A DNA stretch of 64,000 bases from Acutalibacteraceae bacterium (lineage in GTDB: Bacteria; Bacillota; Clostridia; Oscillospirales; Acutalibacteraceae): assembly GCA_045637705.1 (NCBI GenBank), contig JAZTZY010000013.1, forward strand, positions 11,154 through 75,153, in the 5' to 3' direction. The notes below the pieces were generated by a model. That model was not told the DNA's origin. It saw only the letters and a program-made list of their open reading frames with translations, and searched no databases. Of the stretch, positions 51,440 through 60,394 are shown one piece after another. The translations under genes were made by a program, and so were the position numbers. The number at the start of each line of letters is the position of its first letter. Within the stretch, counting starts at the first letter, position 1.

Positions 51440-51540
51440 GAGGTGGGACGGGGGCTCAGGACTGCGGCGAAGCCGCAGTGAAGCGACTATGTCGCTTCGG
51501 TAATCCGCAAAGCGGATTACCCCTGAGCCCCCGGCTCTCC
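51440..51540. repeat. GC-rich structured element E7
   Basis: Outer gggggctcagg/cctgagccccc, identical to the E4 stem. Inner actgcggc-gaa-gccgcagt, gaagcgac-tat-gtcgcttc, ggtaatccgc-aaa-gcggattacc. 5' flank GTGCAAGAG as in E1. Confidence 0.65.
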
Positions 51541-51553
51541 CGATAGCAACTGC

Positions 51554-52330
51554 TTAAATATAATTCACCTTAGCCTTATTTCTCGGAGGGATGCGCTCAT
51601 ATTTCACATCAGGGTAACCGATAACGAGAGTGGTTACGGGTTTATATCCCTTTTCAAGCTCTAACATTGAGCCGATTTTTGGATTGAGCTTAGCTGCTGC
51701 AACAAAAAATCCGCTGTAAAGCACACCGAGTCCGAGACTTTCAGCCATAAGCTCCATATAAGATGAAGCAAGACAGGCACTTGTGTTGCCCTTGCTGCTG
51801 ACAACAATAACAAGAGGTGCTTTCTTAAAGAAGAAATTATCGTCTATAGTTGAATTTTTGATATATGATGAGAAAGGTGTAACTGCTTTTTGTCCGAATC
51901 GGAAAAATTTGACACATTCCTTTTCGATTTCGCTGAGCTTATCTGTGATTACAGTGAAAGCGAAGTCCTGAGCATTGGTGCCGGTGGGGCAGTATCTGCC
52001 TGATTCGATGATTTTTGCAATGTCCTCATCTGAGATTTCCTTGTCTTTGAACTGACGGATTGTTCTTCTTGACTTCATAGCCTGAAGAAGCTTGTCAGAG
52101 TCAAATTCTGTCATATCGGTTACCTTTTCATCGGGAGTATCAGGGTAATCTCTCATGGTAACAGCACCGGTGGGACAGATGGCAAAACAGTGACCGCACT
52201 GAATGCATCTTTCATATTTGAATTCGGCTTTGCCGTCAATGATTTTGAGCTTTTCGCTGACACAGTCTTTGACACATTTTCCGCAACCGATACATTTTTC
52301 TTTGTCGATTATTACAGGTTTCATAGTCAT
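51554..52330 (-). CDS. Nitroreductase-family protein with N-terminal 2x[4Fe-4S] ferredoxin domain
   Basis: CIGCGKCVKDC and CIQCGHCFAICP cluster motifs, followed by a nitroreductase fold (RRTIRQF). Confidence 0.75.
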   Translation of the reverse strand: MTMKPVIIDKEKCIGCGKCVKDCVSEKLKIIDGKAEFKYERCIQCGHCFAICPTGAVTMRDYPDTPDEKVTDMTEFDSDKLLQAMKSRRTIRQFKDKEISDEDIAKIIESGRYCPTGTNAQDFAFTVITDKLSEIEKECVKFFRFGQKAVTPFSSYIKNSTIDDNFFFKKAPLVIVVSSKGNTSACLASSYMELMAESLGLGVLYSGFFVAAAKLNPKIGSMLELEKGYKPVTTLVIGYPDVKYERIPPRNKAKVNYI

Positions 52331-52450
52331 GCTCCTTATGTCTTAGTTTTCTATAAGTATAAACTAAAGCTCTGCAGGTGTCAAGTGATGACTTGCACTG
52401 AAATGAAAACTGTGATATAATAATCAGGTTAATTGAAAAGAGGTGAAAAT

Positions 52451-53491
52451 ATGGCTCAATTCGGTGAAAAAGAACTCAAAGCTCATATCAAGTCAGGGGA
52501 TTTCTATTGTATATATCTCATCTGTGGAGATGAAGATTATCTTAAAAAGAACTATACGGATATGATTTGTCAGAAGAATGTTTCAGGTGCCTTCGAGAGC
52601 TTTAATCTTGAGAAATTTGACGGTAAAGGCATTTCTCTTCAGGACGTCTTTGAGCAGGCGAGCATTATGCCTATGATGGGTGATAAGCGCTGCATTGTTG
52701 TTGAGGACTATAAATTAGAGGGTGCCAACGATAAAGACATCGCTCAGATTTCCGCTTATGTTGAGTCTTGTCCCGAAACCTCAATAGTTATTTTTCATCA
52801 GAAAAACGCCGAATTTTCACTCAGCAAAGCTAAAAAAGCGGCCGATATTATCTCAAAACACGGAGCTGTCTGCGTACTCAACAAAAGAACAGGTAATGAC
52901 CTTATAAAGCCTCTTATTTCTTCGGCAAATAAGCAGGGTTGTATTCTATCGTCACAGATGGCTAACTATCTTGTTTCTCAGGTTGGCGACGATTTTAATG
53001 TGCTTATAAATGAGCTTCACAAGGTTTGCGGTTATGCTGCAGGCGCTGAAATCACCAAGGCTCACATTGATGCTGTTGCTGTTAAAACCGACGATGTTAA
53101 AATCTATTATCTGACCAAGGCTCTTATACAGAAAGACTTTGACAAGGCGTATAAGGTGCTTCATACACTTCTTAAACAAAAGATCTCAGCTGAATATATT
53201 CTCGGAACTATCGTCAGCACCTATGTTGATATGTACCGTGCCCGTGTTTCGCTTTTCTGCGGTGAAAGAGCAGAGGCTCTCGCAGGTGATTTCGGCTATA
53301 AAAACACTGCTTTCCGTCTGACTAACGGAGCCAGAGACTCAACAAAGATGGATTTGCCCACCCTCAGAAAATGCCTTGATGTGCTGGCAGAAGCAGATAT
53401 GAAGCTGAAAAAAAGTTATGACGATGAGGTCGTAGTTTTAGAAAAACTTATGGTTAAGCTCTTTCTTGTTTCAAACGGTGAGAAAGTATGA
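52451..53491 (+). CDS. holA: DNA polymerase III subunit delta
   Basis: About 346 aa with HolA-like architecture, followed by an overlapping rnmV. ATG at 52451 after AGGTGA. Confidence 0.75.
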   Translation: MAQFGEKELKAHIKSGDFYCIYLICGDEDYLKKNYTDMICQKNVSGAFESFNLEKFDGKGISLQDVFEQASIMPMMGDKRCIVVEDYKLEGANDKDIAQISAYVESCPETSIVIFHQKNAEFSLSKAKKAADIISKHGAVCVLNKRTGNDLIKPLISSANKQGCILSSQMANYLVSQVGDDFNVLINELHKVCGYAAGAEITKAHIDAVAVKTDDVKIYYLTKALIQKDFDKAYKVLHTLLKQKISAEYILGTIVSTYVDMYRARVSLFCGERAEALAGDFGYKNTAFRLTNGARDSTKMDLPTLRKCLDVLAEADMKLKKSYDDEVVVLEKLMVKLFLVSNGEKV

Positions 53492-54084
53492 TTAAGACTG
53501 ATAAAGCTATAATAGTCGAGGGCAAATACGATATAATAAAGCTCAGCAGAATTGTTGACGGACTTATAATAAAGACAGACGGCTTCGGCATATTCAAGGA
53601 TAAAGAAAAGCAGAAGCTTCTCAGGCGTCTTGCTGATGAAAAGGGTATAATAGTGCTGACAGACAGCGACTCAGCAGGTTTTCTTATAAGAAAATTTCTC
53701 AAATCATCTATACCTGAAGATAAAATCACCCACGTTTATATTCCTGACGTTTACGGCAAAGAAAAGCGTAAGACTCAGGCAGGAAAAGAGGGTAAACTTG
53801 GCGTAGAGGGCATAAGTGAAGAGATACTTATAGAAGCTTTCACCAAGGCGGGCGTAATCTGTAATCAGTCACAGAATGAAGAAAGACGCCTTATAACCAA
53901 TATCGATTTATTTGAAGCAGGTCTTATGGGAAGAGAAAACAGCAAAGAAAAGCGCATAAAGCTTATGAAAGCTCTCGCTTTACCTGAAAGACTTTCCACA
54001 TCATCTCTTCTTAAAATACTCAATACCTTTGTAACATATGATGAATTCATTGAAAAGCTCAAGGAGGCAGATTTATGCGAATAG
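53488..54084 (+). CDS. rnmV: Ribonuclease M5 (Toprim-domain 5S rRNA maturase)
   Basis: [13 protein letters not shown]...[16 protein letters not shown] Toprim motifs (E, DxD). Confidence 0.75.
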   Translation: MIKTDKAIIVEGKYDIIKLSRIVDGLIIKTDGFGIFKDKEKQKLLRRLADEKGIIVLTDSDSAGFLIRKFLKSSIPEDKITHVYIPDVYGKEKRKTQAGKEGKLGVEGISEEILIEAFTKAGVICNQSQNEERRLITNIDLFEAGLMGRENSKEKRIKLMKALALPERLSTSSLLKILNTFVTYDEFIEKLKEADLCE

Positions 54085-54548
54085 GTTACGGATATGATGT
54101 ACATAAGCTCGTGGAGGGCAGAAAGCTCATTATGGGCGGTGTAGAGATTCCTTATGAGAAAGGTCTTCTCGGACACTCTGATGCCGATGTGCTTCTTCAC
54201 GCCATATCAGATGCCCTTTTAGGTGCTGCCGCTTTAGGTGATATAGGCAAGCTTTTCCCTGATACGGATATGCAATATAAGGGTGCAGACAGCCGTGTGC
54301 TTATGGCTGAGGTTATGAGAAGAATAAAAGAAATGGGTTACAGAGTTGTCAATGTGGATGCGACAATAATTGCTCAGAGACCTAAAATGAGAAATTATAT
54401 TGATACTATGAGACAAAATATTGCTGATACTCTCGGCTGTGATATAGATAACATAAATGTCAAAGCCACCACAGAAGAGGGAATGGGCTTCACCGGTGAG
54501 GGTATGGGTATATCTGCTCACGCCGTCTGCCTTATTGAAAAAGAATAA
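54075..54548 (+). CDS. ispF: 2-C-methyl-D-erythritol 2,4-cyclodiphosphate synthase
   Basis: [11 protein letters not shown]...[19 protein letters not shown]. Confidence 0.95.
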   Translation: MRIGYGYDVHKLVEGRKLIMGGVEIPYEKGLLGHSDADVLLHAISDALLGAAALGDIGKLFPDTDMQYKGADSRVLMAEVMRRIKEMGYRVVNVDATIIAQRPKMRNYIDTMRQNIADTLGCDIDNINVKATTEEGMGFTGEGMGISAHAVCLIEKE

Positions 54549-54549
54549 C

Positions 54550-54930
54550 TTACATCACATTGCCAAGGTTGGTCCGTGTATTATCATAGATTTCGCGGAT
54601 ATAACCCTGGCATTCTCTTATGCTGTGAAGACAGGAATCATAGTTTTTATCTAAGAGGCAGTAATAGATGCTTATGATGCTTTTCTGAGGTTCAAGCAGG
54701 GCTTCGTCGCCGACAATTATACTCAGAAAGGCATCTTTTTTCTGCCAGGAATCAAGAAGTTTGCTGACATTGTCTTGTGCCTGAGAAAAGTCTTTCTTTT
54801 TTATATTGTCTGCACAGATTTCAAGGTTGTTTTCCAATTTTTTGCAATAGTCGAGAACATATATCTCAGCAAAAATATTATAACCGAAAAGCAAACATAG
54901 AATGATGAAAGATGTAATCAGCCGTTTCAT
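54550..54930 (-). CDS. DUF4363-like small membrane-anchored protein
   Basis: N-terminal TM helix, 126 aa, paired with DUF421 as commonly seen in Firmicutes. Confidence 0.45.
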   Translation of the reverse strand: MKRLITSFIILCLLFGYNIFAEIYVLDYCKKLENNLEICADNIKKKDFSQAQDNVSKLLDSWQKKDAFLSIIVGDEALLEPQKSIISIYYCLLDKNYDSCLHSIRECQGYIREIYDNTRTNLGNVM

Positions 54931-55610
54931 TTTTTCGCAGCCTTTCTCACTGTATAGATGTTGCCCTGACTGTCAGCTGTCATCAGAAAGACCTCCGACA
55001 CCGTCAGGTTGTTTTTGTTTAGTATCTTGTCAAGCTTTTCGGGTGTCATACCGCATAGGTCGAAATCCCGTTTGATAACCTTGCCGTCGCTTATCACAAG
55101 GCAGGGGAGTGCATTTTCACGGCAGGGTACATTTAAGTCTTTTGAGGTAACGGGCTCGTCGCCCTTTTTGAGTCTGACGCTGACAGAGCCGTTGGTTTCA
55201 ATATAGGCATATTGCACCTGAGAAATATCGAAAACATCTTTGAGTCTCAGAGCTTCAAGCAGGTCATCTGTGCTGTAACGAATCATTGATAGGTTTTCTA
55301 TCAGCAGATGACCGTCTTTGATTATAAGCACACTGTGGCCCTGAATCATGGTTCGATAGGGTCTGAATTTCATAGCTAAAAACGATGAGAGTAATTCTAA
55401 TGTTACAAAGAGAAAAACAATAGAAATACCGCTTAGTACGGGAAACGTATCATCCTGAAGCGGCATAGTTGCAACCTCAGAAAGTACCATCGTAATAACA
55501 AGCTCCCCCGGCTGAAGCTCGCCTATCTGACGCTTTCCCATGAATCTTATAGCCACAGTCAGCATAGAATAGATTATGAGACCTTTGATGAGTATGTTCA
55601 AAGCAATCAC
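54927..55610 (-). CDS. DUF421 (YetF-like) membrane protein
   Basis: N-terminal TM helices plus a YetF-like soluble C-terminal domain. Overlaps the downstream gene by ATGA. Confidence 0.65.
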   Translation of the reverse strand: MIALNILIKGLIIYSMLTVAIRFMGKRQIGELQPGELVITMVLSEVATMPLQDDTFPVLSGISIVFLFVTLELLSSFLAMKFRPYRTMIQGHSVLIIKDGHLLIENLSMIRYSTDDLLEALRLKDVFDISQVQYAYIETNGSVSVRLKKGDEPVTSKDLNVPCRENALPCLVISDGKVIKRDFDLCGMTPEKLDKILNKNNLTVSEVFLMTADSQGNIYTVRKAAKK

Positions 55611-55779
55611 CTCAGATAAAGTTTTGACACAAATGAGAATATAAAACCTTATAAAAATAATTTTTAAGGATATATTGATATTTCTTAATAGCGGTTAATA
55701 TAATGTTAATAGTATGTTAAAAAGTTAAGCAACAAAATCTTGTATAATGCCTAAAACAATGTTAAGGAGGTAAATGTAG

Positions 55780-55914
55780 ATGTATGACCCGTTGTATCTG
55801 ATACTCAAGAGCCTGAATATGCTTCTGACAAGAATAACACGCATTTTTGCATTGATTTTCCTTAATTATTTTCCTGATCCTACACCTGATAAATCGGATA
55901 AAAACATATTCTGA
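55780..55914 (+). CDS. Candidate 44-aa hydrophobic small protein
   Basis: Strong RBS AAGGAGG 10 nt upstream and an extended -10 (TGTATAAT at 55741-55748). MYDPLYLILKSLNMLLTRITRIFALIFLNYFPDPTPDKSDKNIF. A longer antisense ORF (55762..56025) lacks an RBS. Confidence 0.3.
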   Translation: MYDPLYLILKSLNMLLTRITRIFALIFLNYFPDPTPDKSDKNIF

Positions 55915-55966
55915 GGCCTTAACATATAAAATTCTCAAAAAAATTCTAAAAAATTGAAAATACCCA

Positions 55967-55995
55967 TTGACAAACAGAAACTTTTCTGATATATT
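55967..55995 (+). promoter_or_regulatory. Promoter of the tRNA operon
   Basis: TTGACA, 17-nt spacer, TATATT. Confidence 0.5.
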
Positions 55996-56037
55996 ATACG
56001 AGTCGCTGTGAGAGATAAGTCTCAAACAGAAGATGTG

Positions 56038-56112
56038 GGAGCATAGCTCAGCTGGGAGAGCATCTGCCTTACAAGCAGAGGGTCACAGGTTCGAGCCCTG
56101 TTGTTCCCACCA
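56038..56112 (+). tRNA. tRNA-Val (anticodon TAC)
   Basis: GGGAGCATAGCTCAGCTGGGAGAGC D-arm, anticodon loop CTTACAA, T-arm GGTTCGAGCCC, encoded CCA. Confidence 0.9.
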
Positions 56113-56117
56113 CATAT

Positions 56118-56194
56118 GGCCCGGTAGTTCAGTTGGTTAGAACGCTAGCCTGTCACGCTAGAGGTCGACGGTTCGAGCCCGTTCCGGGTCGCCA
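56118..56194 (+). tRNA. tRNA-Asp (anticodon GTC)
   Basis: GGCCCGGTAGTTCAGTTGGTTAGAAC, anticodon loop CTGTCAC, GGTTCGAGCCC, encoded CCA. Confidence 0.9.
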
Positions 56195-56209
56195 TTTAAA
56201 AGTTAAAAA

Positions 56210-56286
56210 TGCGGATGTAGCTCATCTGGTAGAGCGCCACCTTGCCAAGGTGGAGGTAGCGAGTTCGAGCCTCGTCATCCGCTCCA
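56210..56286 (+). tRNA. tRNA-Gly (anticodon GCC)
   Basis: GCGGATGTAGCTCATCTGGTAGAGC, anticodon loop TTGCCAA, GGTTCGAGTTCG-type T-arm, encoded CCA. Confidence 0.9.
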
Positions 56287-56291
56287 TATAT

Positions 56292-56366
56292 GGTACCATA
56301 GCCAAGCGGTAAGGCCACGGTCTGCAAAACCGTTATGCCCCGGTTCAAATCCGGGTGGTACCTCCA
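56292..56366 (+). tRNA. tRNA-Cys (anticodon GCA)
   Basis: GGTACCATAGCCAAGCGGTAAGGC, anticodon loop CTGCAAA, GGTTCAAATCC T-arm, encoded CCA. Confidence 0.9.
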
Positions 56367-56425
56367 TGTGAATGACATCCCAAATCCGAACTAATGCGGT
56401 TCGATTGAGATGTCATTTTATTTTT
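56367..56425 (+). repeat. Terminator-like hairpin, copy 1 of an approximately 55-nt direct repeat (tgaatgacatcccaaatccgaactaatgcggttcgattgagatgtcatttt)
   Basis: Stem aatgacatc/gatgtcatt with inner cgaac/gttcg, followed by a T-run. About 85% identical to 63684-63738. Confidence 0.7.
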
Positions 56426-56561
56426 ATAAACTTAGTAAGGAAGAGGCTTTACGGCACTTTCTTATTTTAATTTTAATCGAACCATTAAATTCGAAAAATG
56501 TCAAAATCTGTGTTGAAAAACTGAAATTGCAAGTAAAACGAACCATACCGGTTCGATTTTT

Positions 56562-57692
56562 TTATGCCTTTTTATGTCTGTTGAAGTACTCGTTTTCTGT
56601 ATCATTTGGAGTTCGGTTTCTGTTAATCTTATGCGGTCTTTTACTATTATAAAATTCTATATATTTATCTATACTTTCTTTAAACTCTTTCTCTGAACGA
56701 TAGTTGTTTCTATAGAGTTCTTCTGCCTTTAATGATTTGAAGAAAGACTCCATAACGGAATTATCATACGGTGTACCGCTTCTTGATAGGGAGCGAATAA
56801 TTCCCAGTGTTTTACAAAACTCAATAAAAGTGCGGGATGTATAATTAGCGCCTCTGTCACTGTGGAAGATTAGTCCTTCTATTGGCATACGATCGTAGTA
56901 TGCTTTGCTAAGAGTTCTCTTGGTTAATTGTGTGCTGTTCTTGCTTGAAATTCCATAGGCGACTACTTTTCTTGCATAAAGGTCAATAATTACACAGATA
57001 TAATATTTTATATTTTTGAGAGAAAAATATGTAACATCACTAACCCAAGCCTGGTTCGGTTCTGTAGCTACAAATCGCTGAGATAATATATTTTCTTTTC
57101 TTTGTTTGTTCATTTCGTAGAGCTTTTTTGATCCACCGCGTATACTGAACCAGCCATTTTCGTGCATAATATCAGCGACCGTCTTTTCGGCAACTACATA
57201 ACCTCGATTTCTGAGTATGGCATTGATTTTAGCTGCACCAAAAATCTGGTTGCTCTCATTAAAAATTTCTTCGATAATAGGAGTTATTTCATTCTTTTTA
57301 CGGGCGTAAGATGTGTTTTCATTTGCATTTCTTAGAATGTGATTGTAATAGCTTCCTTTAGCTACTTTCAGGGCATCACAAAGAAGTGTAATCGAGTAAG
57401 TTTCAGATAAATCTTTGATAACTTCATATCGTTCATGTAGTGGAGCGTTTACAGGGCAAGGAGACATTTGTAAAACCTCTACCATTTTCTCCAACTTTTC
57501 ACACCGCTGTTTTAGGATCCTGACATCTGTCATATTTATCGGTTTTCGTTTTGTTGTATTATCAGTATTTAACCACGAGTACAGGGTGCTTTTAGAAATA
57601 CCTGTATTTTTACAAATACTAGATAATGTTTCGCCTGAACGATACCGTGATACAATTTCCTTTTTCTGTTCTTCTGAATAGTTTTTTCTCAT
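56562..57692 (-). mobile_element. IS3/IS481-superfamily DDE (rve) transposase gene, single uninterrupted 376-aa ORF
   Basis: N-terminal HTH plus leucine-zipper-like region (ISKSTLYSWL...LEKMVEVLQ), and an rve core with D (WVSDVTYF), D (HSDRGANYTS) and E motifs. Element ends not resolved. Confidence 0.75.
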
Positions 57693-57968
57693 ATTGTGAG
57701 CCTCCTAAAAGTTTTTAGACTCAATAATACAACATTTTCTTAAAAAAGTGAACACACTGATACTGCGACACTAACACTAATGCGATTAGTTTTACAAGTT
57801 TTAGACTCGAATTTTTATTTAGTGTGAAAAATCGTGATTAAATAATTGTAGGGGAAAGAGATTTGAATAGTGACAAAAACTAACTAAAAAAAGACTTTAT
57901 CACTTAATATTGAACAATTTACAAATTATGATATAATAAACTTAAATACAACCAAGGAGGTGAAACCA

Positions 57969-59207
57969 ATGGCATACACAGAGCTTATTAAAAACTTTGA
58001 GCGAATCCGTGACTATATGAGAGAGTTTTATGTTTACGGCTTTAAAAGCAGAGATGAATACGACAAAAAGAGTGCCCGTTCCTATGACAATGAACGCCGC
58101 AGAATTGAAAGCTATCTCGGTGAATATATGGGATTCCGTCAGAGCGAAAAGGGCAAGAATGTTTTTCTTTCTATAGACAGCCGTTCGGTTTCACATAATC
58201 CGCTTTACAGTGTGCTTAAATCAAAAAGCTTTACTGACGGTGATATAACTCTGCATTTTATTATATTTGATATTTTGTGTTCACCTGAAGTTACTTTGTC
58301 ACTTTCCGAAATTACAGATAAAATTGACAGCGAATATCTTTCCTGCTTCAGAGAGTCTATGGTGTTTGACGAGTCAACCGTCCGTAAGAAGCTTAAGGAA
58401 TATGTAGAACTCGGACTTGTACTATGCCATAAGGATGGCAAAAAGGTGCTTTATTCAAGAAGTACCGACACTGATATCTCCGAGCTTTGTGATGTTATAT
58501 CTTTTTTCAGCGAGGCGGGACTTTGCGGTGTTGTCGGCAGTTTTCTGCTCGATAAATTTTCTTCGATTGAGGATTGCTTTTCATTCAAGCATCATTACAT
58601 AACCCACGCTCTTGAAAGTGAGGTTCTGTATAAGGTTTTTGATGCGATTTCACAGAAAAGAATTCTCACAGTAACAAACACATCACGCCGTACACAAAAT
58701 GACCGCATAGAAGAAACAGTGCCGCTGAAGGTGCTTATAAGTGTACAGAACGGCAGAAGATATCTTGCCGCGTATTCGATAAGCTACAAGTATTACAAGG
58801 TTTACCGTCTTGACTATCTCAGTGATATAAATATTGGTGAGTTTTACAGTGACTTTGACGAAAGAAGAGAAAATTTCTCTCTGATGCAAAAAAATATGTG
58901 GGGTGTCGTCTGTGATGAAAGACGGCCTCTTGAACATATTGAATTTACTGTACATATTGGTAGGGATGAGGAGTACATTTACCGCAGACTTTTAAGAGAA
59001 AAGCGTTGCGGTACAGTAGAGCGAATTGATGAAATAACTTGCCGTTTCTCTGCTGATGTTTACGACTCAAGTGAGCTTAATCCCTGGATTCGTACCTTTA
59101 TAGGCAGAATTGAAAACATAGAGTATTCCAATAAGCTTTACGAAAACCGATTCAATATGGACTTGCAGGATATGTACCGTCTTTATGGCTTGGGAGGTGA
59201 GGAATAA
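57969..59207 (+). CDS. WYL-domain protein (PafB/PafC-like, with WCX-like C-terminus), first of a pair
   Basis: WYL-type segment VPLKVLISVQNGRRYLAAYSISYKYYKVYRLDYLSDINIGE. C-terminal WCX-like segment (NPWIRTFIGRIENIE). AGGAGG RBS; ATG at 57969. Confidence 0.6.
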   Translation: MAYTELIKNFERIRDYMREFYVYGFKSRDEYDKKSARSYDNERRRIESYLGEYMGFRQSEKGKNVFLSIDSRSVSHNPLYSVLKSKSFTDGDITLHFIIFDILCSPEVTLSLSEITDKIDSEYLSCFRESMVFDESTVRKKLKEYVELGLVLCHKDGKKVLYSRSTDTDISELCDVISFFSEAGLCGVVGSFLLDKFSSIEDCFSFKHHYITHALESEVLYKVFDAISQKRILTVTNTSRRTQNDRIEETVPLKVLISVQNGRRYLAAYSISYKYYKVYRLDYLSDINIGEFYSDFDERRENFSLMQKNMWGVVCDERRPLEHIEFTVHIGRDEEYIYRRLLREKRCGTVERIDEITCRFSADVYDSSELNPWIRTFIGRIENIEYSNKLYENRFNMDLQDMYRLYGLGGEE

Positions 59208-60124
59208 TGCTCTTTCACGAGATTTACGGCTGTTACTATAATGCTGTTGCAGAAATCCTCCATCAGGCTGTGAACGGTGAGCTTACAGAAAAGGAAATGC
59301 ATAAAATCATATCCGAAAAAGCCTTTTCGGAAAGCTTTCTTACCGTAATACCATCACTTAATGACGAAAAATGGCAATTGCTGAAAAAGGATTTATCCAC
59401 ACCGATTAAAAATGAGCCGTCTATGCCGTTGACCGAATTACAAAAGCGATGGCTGAAATCAATAAGCCTTGACCCGAGGGTTAAGCTTTTTGATGCAGAT
59501 TTCAGCTTTCTTGATGATGTGGAGCCTTTGTTCACACCTGATGATTATACTGTTTTTGACAAGTATAACGATGGCGATGATTTTGAAAATGAAAATTATA
59601 TAAATGTTTTTCGCAAACTTATGTATGCCTTGAAAAACAAAAAGAAAGTAAAAATCGGTTATCACGGAGCAAAGGGAACGTTCCGCATTTTTGTAGGTGA
59701 CCCATATAAAATGGAGTATTCCGAAAAGGATGATAAATTCAGAGTTCTTATCCGCTCTTGCAGAAACGGACCGATGTTAAGGGTTGACGGAATAGAAAGT
59801 GTAACCATTATCGGTGATGCTTTTGCCGAAAATACACGGGAAGTGCTTGAAAGTACAGAGCATATAACTTTGGAGCTTCTCGACCACAGAAACGCTCTCG
59901 AAAGAGTAATGCTTCATTTTGCACACTTTAAAAAAGAGGTTGAAAAAATCGGTGATGAAAGATACCGTATAAAGATTTTCTATGACGCTTCTGATGAAAC
60001 AGAGCTTGTTATCAGAGTTTTATCATTCGGGCCTTTTGTTGAAGTAACCGAACCGCAGAATTTCAGAAATCTTATCATAGACCGCCTGAAAAAACAAAAA
60101 AATATTCAAAATAAAGAGTTGTGA
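59207..60124 (+). CDS. WYL-WCX domain protein, second of the pair
   Basis: KVKIGYHGAKGTFRIFVGDPYKMEYSEKDDKFRVLIRSCRNGPMLRVDGIESVTIIGD (WYL pattern) and VIRVLSFGPFVEVTEPQNFRNLI (WCX pattern). TAATG overlap with the upstream gene. Confidence 0.65.
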   Translation: MLFHEIYGCYYNAVAEILHQAVNGELTEKEMHKIISEKAFSESFLTVIPSLNDEKWQLLKKDLSTPIKNEPSMPLTELQKRWLKSISLDPRVKLFDADFSFLDDVEPLFTPDDYTVFDKYNDGDDFENENYINVFRKLMYALKNKKKVKIGYHGAKGTFRIFVGDPYKMEYSEKDDKFRVLIRSCRNGPMLRVDGIESVTIIGDAFAENTREVLESTEHITLELLDHRNALERVMLHFAHFKKEVEKIGDERYRIKIFYDASDETELVIRVLSFGPFVEVTEPQNFRNLIIDRLKKQKNIQNKEL

Positions 60125-60304
60125 GCTTGATTTTCGTCAAGTTCGCAACTTTTTTTCCGTGAAAAAACAGTTTCTGATTGGTAGAATATGGTTGTAAAGT
60201 TGCTTCGGATAGTGTTTGAACTCACTTCGGTGCACGAGGATTTTCCAAAGTGTATGCCTGAAGAACTTTGCGCTTGGCAATCGAGAGAGTCTGTAAAACT
60301 CACG

Positions 60305-60394
60305 GTCGATGAGGTTCAAATCCTCTTTGTGGACTTTTAATCCACCCTTTACGCGGGTTCGAATCCCGCCGTACGTAATTATAACGTATCGCCA
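60305..60394 (+). ncRNA. tRNA-like structured element (candidate tRNA-mimic ncRNA or tRNA remnant)
   Basis: gaggTTCAAATcctc (60311-60325); gtgga-cttttaa-tccac anticodon-arm-like hairpin with a UUU 'anticodon' (60329-60345); gcgggTTCGAATcccgc T-arm (60353-60369); tacgt-aattata-acgta hairpin then cGCCA (60371-60394). No canonical D-arm or 5' acceptor strand. Confidence 0.45.

Noticed and set aside
6972-51540. Possibility that the GC-rich elements form a CRISPR array or are tRNA genes
   Set aside because: They are dispersed singly over 45 kb with no regular spacer-repeat periodicity. They lack D/T-loop consensus and anticodon architecture.
55762-56025. 87-aa minus-strand ORF between the DUF421 operon and the tRNA promoter
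   Set aside because: No RBS, and it overlaps the tRNA-operon promoter. The plus-strand 44-aa ORF with AAGGAGG is the better (still tentative) candidate.
56196-56378. 60-aa minus-strand ORF covering tRNA-Gly/tRNA-Cys
   Set aside because: It lies entirely within tRNA genes and its translation is tRNA-derived.
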